Of a DNA stretch of 64,000 nt, positions 56,159-64,000 are shown in pieces. Source of the stretch: an uncultured Candidatus Berkelbacteria bacterium. GTDB taxonomy: Bacteria > Patescibacteriota > UBA1384 > CAILIB01. The notes under the pieces were generated by a model. The model saw only the letters and a list, made by a program, of their open reading frames with translations. It was not told the origin of the DNA and ran no database searches. Each line of letters begins with the position of its first letter. Position 1 is the first letter of the stretch. The position numbers were made by a program, and so were the translations under genes. The stretch spans positions 19 to 64,018 of the forward strand of contig CAILIB010000037.1 in the NCBI GenBank assembly GCA_903834195.1, written 5' to 3'.

Positions 56159-56643
56159 TGGCAAACTATACCATTCAAGACATTGCTGAGTTACGTGAAG
56201 TAACTGGAATGGGCCTTATGGATGTTAAAAAGGCTCTCGTAGAAGCAGATGGCGACAAGAAAAAGGCGCTTAATCTGCTCAAAGAGCGCGGTGCGCATAT
56301 CATGGCTAAGAAAGCCGATCGTCACGCTGCTGAAGGTGTTATTGAATCCTACGTTCACATTGGACGTATCGGTGTACTTGTTGAGGTAAACTGTGAAACC
56401 GACTTCGTTGCTCGCAGCGAGTCGTTTACAGAATTTGCCCACGACGTTGCATTGCAGATTGCTAGTATGGCTCCTGCATCCGTTGAGGAACTGCTTGAGC
56501 AGCCATTCATTAAAGACAGCAAGCTTTCAATCGGCCAGTACTTGGCAGATGTTACCGGAAAGTTGGGTGAGAAAATCGTGATTAGTCGCTACTCACGTCT
56601 CGTACTTGGTGAACTTGCCGGCGAAAAGCCAGTAGAGGACTAA
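56158..56643 (+). CDS. tsf: Elongation factor Ts (short, 161 aa)
   Basis: GTG start overlaps the rpsB stop by 1 nt and follows an AAGGAGG SD. N-terminal UBA-like IAELREVTGMGLMDVKKALVEADGD and core GRIGVLVEVNCETDFVAR. Confidence 0.85.
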   Translation: MANYTIQDIAELREVTGMGLMDVKKALVEADGDKKKALNLLKERGAHIMAKKADRHAAEGVIESYVHIGRIGVLVEVNCETDFVARSESFTEFAHDVALQIASMAPASVEELLEQPFIKDSKLSIGQYLADVTGKLGEKIVISRYSRLVLGELAGEKPVED

Positions 56644-57051
56644 ACCCTTTTTGCTAGTACACAATCGAGTAGTGCGATGTAGTTCGCCTACTCGATTGTG
56701 GTATAGTGTGTTCGTACATTGAAAGAACTGAGATATGAGAGAATTTTCTCTAGGAGGTTCGAATGCTCGAAATGTTTTGCGTCCCTGGTGCAATTGCAAA
56801 CCCTTTCCCACTAGCTTCTCCGGTAAAACGTGATCCGGGAATACCAGTGCCTGATGTAAGTATTCCAGATGCAACTGATTGCCAGCACCTAGCCTGTTTC
56901 GGTATTGGCTGGGAAAAGCCTCCTCACCTTCGTGCTAAAGGTACGGGGTGGAAGCAGTAACTCCATCAGGCTTTCACCTTTTCCCTCGGAGATCATGTGT
57001 ATACATGTATCTCCCTCTCATATCTCCGTTCTTACCAGTAGTAACATTTGT

Positions 57052-57609
57052 ATGGTTCAAGACCTGCTCAAACCTGCCAAGCCAAAAATGGAAACCGCTC
57101 TGCAACACTTTGTTGAAGAGTTAAAAACTGTACGTACAGGTCGTGCTAATGCCGCCATGCTTGATGGTGTCATGGTACTCTACTACGGTTCAATGGTGCC
57201 TCTGCGCCAAATGGCAACAATTGCCTCACCTGAACCAAGTCAGCTCCTTATTCAACCATTTGATGCAGCTGCGCTTCCGGATATCCGTAAGTCAATCGTT
57301 GATGCTGATCTCGGGTTTAACCCATCTGACGATGGTCGCTCACTTCGTATTGTAATTCCTGCACCAACTGCTGAGCGCCGCGAGGAGCTTGTTAAAAAAG
57401 TCGGGAAGATGGCTGAAGCTGCACGTATTTCTGTACGAAATATTCGAGCAGAAATTTGGGAGGCAATTCAAAAAGCTCAGAAAGAGTCGCTCATTTCGGA
57501 AGATAACCGAGATTGGGGTCGTGATGAAGTTGATAAAATTATCGCTGAATACAATAAAAAAATTGAGGAAGTGGTCAAAGAGAAAGAAGTAGAGATTCGT
57601 ACAATCTAA
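57052..57609 (+). CDS. frr: Ribosome recycling factor
   Basis: 185 aa from MVQDLLKP. TVRTGRANAAMLD and the C-terminal ISEDN...KKIEE pattern. The N-terminal extension in track ORF 56905 was rejected. Confidence 0.95.
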   Translation: MVQDLLKPAKPKMETALQHFVEELKTVRTGRANAAMLDGVMVLYYGSMVPLRQMATIASPEPSQLLIQPFDAAALPDIRKSIVDADLGFNPSDDGRSLRIVIPAPTAERREELVKKVGKMAEAARISVRNIRAEIWEAIQKAQKESLISEDNRDWGRDEVDKIIAEYNKKIEEVVKEKEVEIRTI

Positions 57610-57806
57610 TGTCCATTCTTGATTCCTCACTAGCGCCCGGCATATTCTTACTTGCCGGGTTTGCTGTGCTGGCTGGATTTTTTAGGAAGACCTTGCTGAG
57701 AACTGCTATAATCTTGCTGATAGAAATTATTTTCTTTGCACTATTCCCAGTTGCTCTGGTATCCTTTGTTCACTTGATCGTTACAATTCGTCAATCTCTC
57801 GGCTAA
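57609..57806 (+). CDS. Small membrane protein (2 TM), unknown
   Basis: 65 aa and hydrophobic. Shares 1 nt with each neighbour: its ATG overlaps the frr stop TAA, and the rseP ATG overlaps its own stop. Confidence 0.4.
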   Translation: MSILDSSLAPGIFLLAGFAVLAGFFRKTLLRTAIILLIEIIFFALFPVALVSFVHLIVTIRQSLG

Positions 57807-58915
57807 TGCTTTCTACACTAATTACGCTCATCGCTTTCTTTCTTATTCTCGGAACACTCGTGTTTATTCACGAGCTGGGTCACTTTGCTGTAGCTAAGTG
57901 GACAGGGATGCGGGTTGATGAGTTTGCTCTCGGTTTTCCACCACGAATTTGGGGACGTAAGCGCGGTGAAACTATGTACGCCATAAACGCAATTCCATTT
58001 GGTGGGTACGTGAAGATTCATGGAGAGGCACCAACTAGTGCAGATAAGGATCCGCGCTCGTTTAATCAGGCAAAAATTTGGGCACGTATTGCAGTTATAA
58101 TCGCCGGTGTTGTCATGAACGCGCTGTTTGCGTTTATTATTTTAACGATTGCGTTCTCGATTGGTTTTGGTTCATATGCACAGGATCTGACCAAGATTCC
58201 AGGTGCAGTTGTAAAGCATAGTGATGTGGTTGCAATTGGTATTTTGGCAGACAGTCCCGCTGCTGCTGCACACATCGAAGCAGGGGATATCATTAAGAGT
58301 TTTACTGATCCAAAGACTGGTTCAGTAGTAGCTGTTCAATCTACGCAGGACATGGTTGCCTACACCAAGGCTGAGCAAACTGCAGGTGTTACCGATCTTA
58401 AGATTACGTATACGCGCGATGGTGTAGAAAATACTGTGCCAATTTCAATTGAGCAAACTGGAGCTCCACTTGGTATTAGTATTGGTGCTTCTCAACTGGT
58501 TCGTGTGCCGATTCTGCAAGCTCCTGGTGCTGCATTAAAAGAAATGCAGTTTATTGTTGAGTTAACCTGGGATGCGCTTAAGACGTTTGCACATAAATTA
58601 TTCTACAGTGCACAACTCGATAACACTGTTTCAGGTCCAGTTGGAATTTATCAGGCAACTGGTCAGGCAACGCAAGCTGGATGGGTGCCAACAATCTTCC
58701 TTGTAGTCGCGCTGTCACTTAATCTTGCCCTTTTGAATATTCTTCCTATCCCCGCCCTGGACGGCGGCAGACTTTTCTTTTTACTCATTGAACTTATTTT
58801 TGGCAAGAAGGCGGTGAATCACCGTCTCGAAGGTGCTGTAACCTTTGCTGGTTTTGTCATTGTCATGGGGTTGGTTGCAATCCTCAGTGTGCGCGATATT
58901 ATTCACCTGTTTTAA
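57806..58915 (+). CDS. rseP: RIP (site-2) zinc metalloprotease RseP (M50) with a PDZ domain
   Basis: HELGHF zinc motif in TM1, a central PDZ segment, and the C-terminal NLLPIPALDGG motif. Confidence 0.9.
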   Translation: MLSTLITLIAFFLILGTLVFIHELGHFAVAKWTGMRVDEFALGFPPRIWGRKRGETMYAINAIPFGGYVKIHGEAPTSADKDPRSFNQAKIWARIAVIIAGVVMNALFAFIILTIAFSIGFGSYAQDLTKIPGAVVKHSDVVAIGILADSPAAAAHIEAGDIIKSFTDPKTGSVVAVQSTQDMVAYTKAEQTAGVTDLKITYTRDGVENTVPISIEQTGAPLGISIGASQLVRVPILQAPGAALKEMQFIVELTWDALKTFAHKLFYSAQLDNTVSGPVGIYQATGQATQAGWVPTIFLVVALSLNLALLNILPIPALDGGRLFFLLIELIFGKKAVNHRLEGAVTFAGFVIVMGLVAILSVRDIIHLF

Positions 58916-58958
58916 TACAAAGAACGACTCGAACGGCAGGGCCAATTCGAGTCGCAGA

Positions 58959-59189
58959 CTAGGAAACCTGTTGTTGTGAAATTCGCCGTGCAAGGGCGAT
59001 TATAACGAATGCCGAGGCGGATGCGAGTATGCCGTAAAGGTTGCTGACTAGCACGAAGTGAGTCAGCATACCTACTAGGCTACTGCAGGTAACTACCTTT
59101 GAGATAGTACTGCCATGACCTTTTTCGATGTGGGAATTTACCCACAAGCAGCCCCCAACGAGGGAAACCGCTATAAATAATAAAAACAT
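58959..59189 (-). CDS. Small hydrophobic protein (76 aa), unknown
   Basis: Two predicted transmembrane segments. The only ORF filling the rseP-proS gap. No further support. Confidence 0.3.
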   Translation of the reverse strand: MFLLFIAVSLVGGCLWVNSHIEKGHGSTISKVVTCSSLVGMLTHFVLVSNLYGILASASAFVIIALARRISQQQVS

Positions 59190-59284
59190 TTTTCCACCTC
59201 CTTGGGGAAAATCGTGGCTAAAGCATAACAGAAAATGCCCAAAATGTCAATCTGTTACCACCTTTAGCTCTACAATATTTACGC

Positions 59285-59290
59285 TATACT
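59285..59290 (+). promoter_or_regulatory. -10 box TATACT, 6 nt upstream of the proS ATG (leaderless-type)
   Basis: TATACT at 59285-59290, ATG at 59297. Confidence 0.45.
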
Positions 59291-59296
59291 ATACTC

Positions 59297-60541
59297 ATGA
59301 AACAATCACAATTATTTAGTTCAACGCGTCGTGAGGCGCCACACGAAGAAGAAAGTAAAAACGCCATTTTATTGGCACGCGGCGGGTACGTTGAAAAAAC
59401 TGCTGCTGGTGTCTTTTCCTATCTACCGCTCGGCGTGCGGGTAATTCAGAAAATCTGCGCCATTGTGCGCGAAGAAATGAACGCCCTGCCATACACACAG
59501 GAAATCTTGATGACTGCCCTGCAACCTAAAGAGCTTTGGGAAGAAACGAATCGTTGGGACGATCCAGGTGTGCGCGAAGTAATGTATCGGGTGGATGAAC
59601 TTGCTATGGGCTTGGCGCCAACCCATGAAGAAAATGCTGTAGACCTTTTCCGTAAAAACATCAGCTCACATAAGCAGCTTCCAGTTGCCGCATATCAAAT
59701 TCAAACCAAGTTCCGCAAAGAGGCTCGGGCAAAGTCAGGTCTACTTCGTGGCCGTGAATTTATGATGAAAGATTTGTACAGTTTTCATGTTAGCGAAGCC
59801 GATCTCGATGAATACTACGAGCAGGCGGCGATTGCGTACCAGAACGTCTACACACGCTGTGGGCTGAACGCGATTAGAACCGAAGCATCTGGCGGCATCT
59901 TTTCTAAAATTCACTCAGACGAATTTCAAGTAATTAACCCAGTAGGTGAAGACACAATTTACCTCAATGCTGAGGGCACACTGGCCTGGAATGAAGAAGT
60001 TGTAGATGGGCCAAATGACCCTCGTTTAATTGAATGGGGTGGGGGAGAAGTACGTCCTGCTAAAGCAACTGAAGTGGGAAATATTTTCCGCCAAGGCACT
60101 CGCTATACAGAGCCGATGAACGCTCAAGTAAATGGTGAGAATGGTGAGCGTCTTCCTGTGTTTATGGGTGCGTACGGTATTGGAATCTCCCGACTAATGG
60201 GTATCGTTGTTGAATTACTTGGCGATCTTCAGGGTAAAATCTACTGGCCGACAGCCCTGGCACCATTTAAAGTTCATCTCATTGACTTAGGGTCAGAAGG
60301 TAAAGCAGCTGAATTATATACTGAACTGAAAAAAGCCGGAGTTGAGGTGTTATTTGATGATCGAGAAAAGAGTGCGGGTGAAAAATTTGCTGATGCAGAC
60401 CTGGTGGGCTCTCCAATTCGAATCGTTCTCAGTAAGCGTTCGCTTGCAGCAGGTGGGGCAGAAGTTACCCTAAACTGGAGTGCAACTTCAACTTCAGAAG
60501 TGCTTCCTATTGAAAAAGTAGTTGCTCTCACTGTACGCTAG
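59297..60541 (+). CDS. proS: Proline--tRNA ligase (compact form without the large editing insertion)
   Basis: Class II motifs: PTHEE, FRKEARAKSGLLRGREFMMKD (motif 2), GAYGIGISRL (motif 3). C-terminal anticodon-binding domain. Confidence 0.95.
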   Translation: MKQSQLFSSTRREAPHEEESKNAILLARGGYVEKTAAGVFSYLPLGVRVIQKICAIVREEMNALPYTQEILMTALQPKELWEETNRWDDPGVREVMYRVDELAMGLAPTHEENAVDLFRKNISSHKQLPVAAYQIQTKFRKEARAKSGLLRGREFMMKDLYSFHVSEADLDEYYEQAAIAYQNVYTRCGLNAIRTEASGGIFSKIHSDEFQVINPVGEDTIYLNAEGTLAWNEEVVDGPNDPRLIEWGGGEVRPAKATEVGNIFRQGTRYTEPMNAQVNGENGERLPVFMGAYGIGISRLMGIVVELLGDLQGKIYWPTALAPFKVHLIDLGSEGKAAELYTELKKAGVEVLFDDREKSAGEKFADADLVGSPIRIVLSKRSLAAGGAEVTLNWSATSTSEVLPIEKVVALTVR

Positions 60542-60604
60542 AGCTACAGGTTTTACTGAATGCGCACGGTGCGCAATTATCCAAGCGAATAAAGGGGTGG
60601 GCAC

Positions 60605-61753
60605 ATGGTAAAAATGAGCCGAATTACGGCAATTAGTCTTGTCTTAGTACTGTTGGCTGTAATGGTTGCGGTTTCTCGACGTCCGTATATGGTGTACGCG
60701 CGTACTTCGCAGAGTTGTGACATTCAAGTCTCAGCAAAAGGTACCTCGCACATTTCCCTATCATCTTCTACGGCAATTTCTCCCGGTGGAGCCTACGATG
60801 TAACGGTGAGTGTTGATGGAGTTTCCGAGCATTTTCAACATCTTCAATTAGGTTTTGAAGTTACCGCTGGTGCCAGTACTGTAAGTGGAATAACTGCTCC
60901 GGTAATTATTTCTCGTGTTATGGATACTGCGCAGCCTGAAGTAAAAATAGACGGTACTGCTCAAGCGGTTATTCACTGGACTGTACCTTCAGTTCTCTTT
61001 AGTGGTACGTATACCTTTACCCCTATTGTAATCGGTGACGGAGAACAGCTCAGTAGTACTACCGCTGCATCTGCAACGCTTGAGAGTAATACTCAAACCA
61101 CTGGTGCATACTTGGTAGGCTCCGACCCGGTTCGCACTGCCTTGGGGAGTGGACTTCCTGTAGCTGCTGATAGTTCGGCGCAGCAAATGTTGCAGTATAG
61201 TGTGCAAAATTCAACAGTACAGCCACAATCAGCCACTGTGCATTGGCGGTTATATGCTGGGCATCTCGATAGTCAACCACTGCTTAAGGATGATGTAACC
61301 TATAGTCAGTCTCTTCCAGTCGGAACAACGTTAACCCGACCATACTTCCTAGATACAAATAAAGTTGATCAAGGGTACTTGGAGGTTGAAGTAATTACTG
61401 CTGATACTGATACAATTCAAACACTTACACTACCAGGAAAAAGTGTTGCAGGATTACGACTTACAGCTCTTTCACAAAAGAGTAGTGGTATTGCTGGTGT
61501 TCGTTCAACAAATACCACACTTTGCTTTACTAATGGTGTGGTTGTTCCCAAAAATTCAATCGTGACGGTAATTCTTACCGATAATGCTCAAACGGTTCTT
61601 AATAAGAAAACATACAGTAGTGGTCAGTCGTTAGATACTCAGTATTCAATTACTGATATGGCACTTTCTAATGCATGGCCGTTGACTGTATCTGTTTCTG
61701 TGACAGCATCAGATCAAGAGGTCTTCCGAACTACTCGTAACTATCAGCCATAA
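60605..61753 (+). CDS. Secreted/anchored hypothetical protein (382 aa)
   Basis: N-terminal hydrophobic anchor MSRITAISLVLVLLAVMVAV. Ser/Thr/Val-rich beta-type sequence. Its stop overlaps the next start (TAATG). Confidence 0.55.
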   Translation: MVKMSRITAISLVLVLLAVMVAVSRRPYMVYARTSQSCDIQVSAKGTSHISLSSSTAISPGGAYDVTVSVDGVSEHFQHLQLGFEVTAGASTVSGITAPVIISRVMDTAQPEVKIDGTAQAVIHWTVPSVLFSGTYTFTPIVIGDGEQLSSTTAASATLESNTQTTGAYLVGSDPVRTALGSGLPVAADSSAQQMLQYSVQNSTVQPQSATVHWRLYAGHLDSQPLLKDDVTYSQSLPVGTTLTRPYFLDTNKVDQGYLEVEVITADTDTIQTLTLPGKSVAGLRLTALSQKSSGIAGVRSTNTTLCFTNGVVVPKNSIVTVILTDNAQTVLNKKTYSSGQSLDTQYSITDMALSNAWPLTVSVSVTASDQEVFRTTRNYQP

Positions 61754-63849
61754 TGAAACACCTTACTAAGTTATTTCTACAGGTATTGGGGTTGGTTTTT
61801 GTAGTAGGTATTTCAGCTCATTCTGCATTTGCCGCCCCCGGCGGTGGTGGAGGTGGAGGTGGAGGTGGAGGTGGTTTGGGTGGCGGCGGTTTGGGTGGCG
61901 GTGGAACACTTATCACAATTACCAGTGGTGGTTCTTCAAACCCCGTAGTCCTTTCGGATTTTCCATCTTTAGGTGCAAGTAATCGTCAGGCTGTTCTGAC
62001 CTATACACTCGATCCGTCATTGACTGCGTGTAAACGCTTAGCGATTTCTTCAGCTGTTGCAGGGGTTACGATCAATGCGAGTGGTGTTGGTGGGGCAGGG
62101 GCAGACCTTGCGCTTGCTGCAGGAGTTGCGACTAACGAAACATTTACATTCTCACTGTCGCAGTTTGCAGTACAAACAGATAGCGTTGGATTTAATGTTA
62201 CGGTTAGCTGTAGTGGTGGAAATGTGAACTCACTTTCTATTATTCTAAGTCGTATTCCAGGTGTCCAAGTTACCGTGAATGGTGGGCAACAAGATATTGT
62301 AACCTCAGTATCAGTGCCAACTTCAGGTTCAATTACTCAGAGTTTTACTTTGGGATATCAAATGCTTGGTCTTGCTACTAACTGTACCCGACTAGGGATT
62401 GATCCTAGTTTAGATGCACTTGGTGTTGGAATTAGTTCCAACCTAACTACTCCAGTTATTATTGACTCTGTTTCACAAGAAACACTAACCCTTACATTTA
62501 CTCCAGGAGCATTGGCAGCAAGTTATAGTATTGCAGTGAATGTATCTTGTGTATTACCAGCAAGTGGAGGTACAGCTGCACGTCAAATTACTCCTAATTA
62601 CCGTCGTATTATTACCTTAAATAATGGCTTGAGTTTAGGGATAAGCATGACAGATCCGCTAACAGGGGCGATTATTTCGGGGAGTACAACGGTAAATACT
62701 GTGCCAGTAGTTGGAACATATTCTGCTGTGTTTCCTCTTACATACTCAATTTCTTCAGGGGCAACAAACTGCCGTCGTCTACCAGTTGCTACACCTCCAA
62801 CTGGGGTTGAACTTTCTTCAAGTAGTTCGCAGCATGATAGTTTAATGTTACAGAGACGGGACTTATCAACTGTTCGTCGTGAGGATGTAACTGTGTACTA
62901 TTTAAATCCAACTGCTCCGCTGAGTTACACCTTAGTTGTGACAGTGGCGTGTGATAATACAACGCCAACACAACAGAGTTTTGCGATTACGCTTAACCGA
63001 CAACAGGCGTCATCTGGGGCAAGTATTCATCTGTCCTATAATGGTCACGACAGTGCAAATGGAGTACTTAACGATAGTTCACTCCTTGCATTACCAGGTG
63101 GTGTAGCAGTACAGCGAAACTTTCAAATTGATTGGACAATTCCAATAGGTGCAACTGGATGTAGCGTGTATCGTGAAGACATGAACTCTCCTACACTTGG
63201 GGTTGGAACTGGTCCACAGGCACCGGTAAACCCAGCGCTTTCACAGGGGTCTGATCCATATTCGTATACTGGATTGGCTGTGACAACGAGTGGGTTAAAT
63301 GCTAACTTTGTCATAAGTTTTTCAGCAGCTGAACTTGCAGTTCCAGGTGCCTATACCATGCGGTATGCTGTGTATTGTTCGAGTGATCCTAATTTGTATG
63401 ATTCAGTTCAAGTTGCATTTGCCCGAACATTGGGTCTGAGTGATGTTGCGAGTGGGTGTGTGAATGGAACGCAAGTGACTATTACTTCTCCTACAACAGT
63501 GTCTGGGGCAAAGCCTGCAATAGTTCCTACATCAACATCTGCATTGCAAAGTATTGCGCAAGCTACAAAAACATTTGGAGTATTAGCTCAACCAGTCGCT
63601 TCACCTGTCCCTGCGTATATAAATACTGACCCAACGATTGTTGACTATACACCTCCAACGGTGCCTGCAAACTTGCCAATAGTTACTGCAGGAACGTGCG
63701 GTGGCGGAACCGGTGGGACCGGTGGAACGGGCGGAACCGGTGGGTCTGGCGGAGGTGGTGGAGGTGGTGGAACTGGTGTAACAAACACAACTGTACTTCC
63801 ATCTTCAGGATGGGATTACGCCGGTGGAAGTCGTCGCTGGAGTCTTTAA
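61753..63849 (+). CDS. Secreted repeat protein: signal peptide, poly-Gly linker, four Cys-bracketed ~110-130-aa modules, C-terminal Gly/Thr tract
   Basis: Signal ...SAHSAFAAP. G11-LGGGG-LGGGG tract. Modules are marked by TACKRL...VTVSC, TNCTRL...VNVSC, TNCRRL...VTVAC and TGCSVY...YAVYC. C-terminal (GGT)4GGSG8. Confidence 0.6.
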   Translation: MKHLTKLFLQVLGLVFVVGISAHSAFAAPGGGGGGGGGGGGLGGGGLGGGGTLITITSGGSSNPVVLSDFPSLGASNRQAVLTYTLDPSLTACKRLAISSAVAGVTINASGVGGAGADLALAAGVATNETFTFSLSQFAVQTDSVGFNVTVSCSGGNVNSLSIILSRIPGVQVTVNGGQQDIVTSVSVPTSGSITQSFTLGYQMLGLATNCTRLGIDPSLDALGVGISSNLTTPVIIDSVSQETLTLTFTPGALAASYSIAVNVSCVLPASGGTAARQITPNYRRIITLNNGLSLGISMTDPLTGAIISGSTTVNTVPVVGTYSAVFPLTYSISSGATNCRRLPVATPPTGVELSSSSSQHDSLMLQRRDLSTVRREDVTVYYLNPTAPLSYTLVVTVACDNTTPTQQSFAITLNRQQASSGASIHLSYNGHDSANGVLNDSSLLALPGGVAVQRNFQIDWTIPIGATGCSVYREDMNSPTLGVGTGPQAPVNPALSQGSDPYSYTGLAVTTSGLNANFVISFSAAELAVPGAYTMRYAVYCSSDPNLYDSVQVAFARTLGLSDVASGCVNGTQVTITSPTTVSGAKPAIVPTSTSALQSIAQATKTFGVLAQPVASPVPAYINTDPTIVDYTPPTVPANLPIVTAGTCGGGTGGTGGTGGTGGSGGGGGGGGTGVTNTTVLPSSGWDYAGGSRRWSL
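61840..61905 (+). repeat. In-frame GGN microsatellite with a (GGTGGA)n core encoding poly-Gly
   Basis: ggcggtggtggaggtggaggtggaggtggaggtggtttgggtggcggcggtttgggtggcggtgga. Confidence 0.9.
63700..63777 (+). repeat. In-frame GGN-GGN-ACN nonamer repeats plus a GGN run encoding (GGT)4GGSG8TG
   Basis: ggtggcggaacc ggtgggacc ggtggaacg ggcggaacc ggtgggtct ggcggaggtggtggaggtggtgga. Confidence 0.9.
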
Positions 63850-63860
63850 TCTGAGTGAGA

Positions 63861-63890
63861 AAATAGACTGTCCTCGGGCAGTCTATTTTA
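63861..63890 (+). terminator. Intrinsic terminator after the surface-protein operon
   Basis: Stem aatagactg/cagtctatt with an 8-nt loop, then ttta. Confidence 0.75.
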
Positions 63891-63948
63891 TGTACTAGTC
63901 CAAACGTTAAATCCAGGCTACACTGGCAGAACTTGATAAAAATATTGT

Positions 63949-64000
63949 ATGCCGACTCTTCGCGAACAAGCTGCTGATTTACCCATAGAACCAGGTGTAT
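63949..64000 (+). CDS. uvrC: 5' fragment of a probable UvrC (excinuclease ABC subunit C), truncated by the window end
   Basis: MPTLREQAADLPIEPGV resembles the UvrC N-terminus (..LP..PGVY). Only 17 codons are visible. Confidence 0.35.
   Translation, partial: MPTLREQAADLPIEPGV

Noticed and set aside
56763-57051. The 65-aa ORF at 56763-56960 and the 49-codon N-terminal extension of frr (track ORF 56905-57609).
   Set aside because: RRF aligns from MVQDLLKP (57052) at the canonical 185 aa, and the extension has no RRF-like sequence. The 65-aa ORF has a good SD but a Pro-rich, featureless product. It is kept only as a remark in the spacer finding and is not called as a gene.

Overview
The window is a gene-dense (about 90% coding) bacterial chromosomal segment that uses the standard genetic code; TGA ends conserved genes such as metG and ftsE. 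Most genes are housekeeping:
- Translation: rpsF-ssb-rpsR-efp, rpsB-tsf-frr, rpmE-prfA...prmC, metG, proS, gatCAB.
- RNA modification: rsmA, rsmI, mnmA, miaA.
- DNA repair and uptake: pcrA/uvrD, recG, ligA, a uvrC fragment, comEA, a Xer-type recombinase.
- Division and envelope: ftsEX-ctpA, lemA-htpX, rseP, htrA, a TolB-like protein, PAP2, a YabE-like lytic transglycosylase.
- Two further MacB/FtsX-type ABC pairs and one tRNA-Leu(UAG).

Several features fit a reduced-genome Patescibacteria/CPR-like organism. This is inference only and was not verified:
- Many 1-4 nt gene overlaps.
- No pyrH between tsf and frr.
- A 161-aa EF-Ts.
- Many secreted, low-complexity proteins with no recognisable family, including one with a pseudopilin-like domain.
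- Frequent -10 boxes 6-9 nt upstream of start codons.

No CRISPR array, transposase, reverse transcriptase or recognisable defence operon was seen. The unusual content is mostly non-coding:
- A dispersed, partly tandem family of stem-enclosed intergenic elements sharing a CTCAACG-hairpin-pyrimidine (anti-SD-like) core. Copies lie at 1-283, 6074-6195, 29669-29755, with a fragment near 57022-57043.
- An ~850-bp ORF-poor island at 3541-4252 with promoter/terminator-bounded ncRNA candidates that I could not assign to tmRNA, RNase P or SRP RNA.
- A perfect 27-bp inverted repeat that includes the 3' ACCA of tRNA-Leu, followed by a hairpin-rich stretch.

Unusual coding content:
- A duplicated orphan gene-plus-terminator cassette splitting prfA from prmC.
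- A cyclophilin and an Rx4H (HEPN-like) protein inside the gat operon.
- A marR / C39-like peptidase / 29-codon 4-Cys ORF / ABC cluster.
- Two GC-elevated secreted-protein insertions.
- A two-gene surface-protein operon with Cys-bracketed repeat modules and poly-Gly microsatellites.

All protein calls rest on motifs read by eye from the ORF track. No database search was run.
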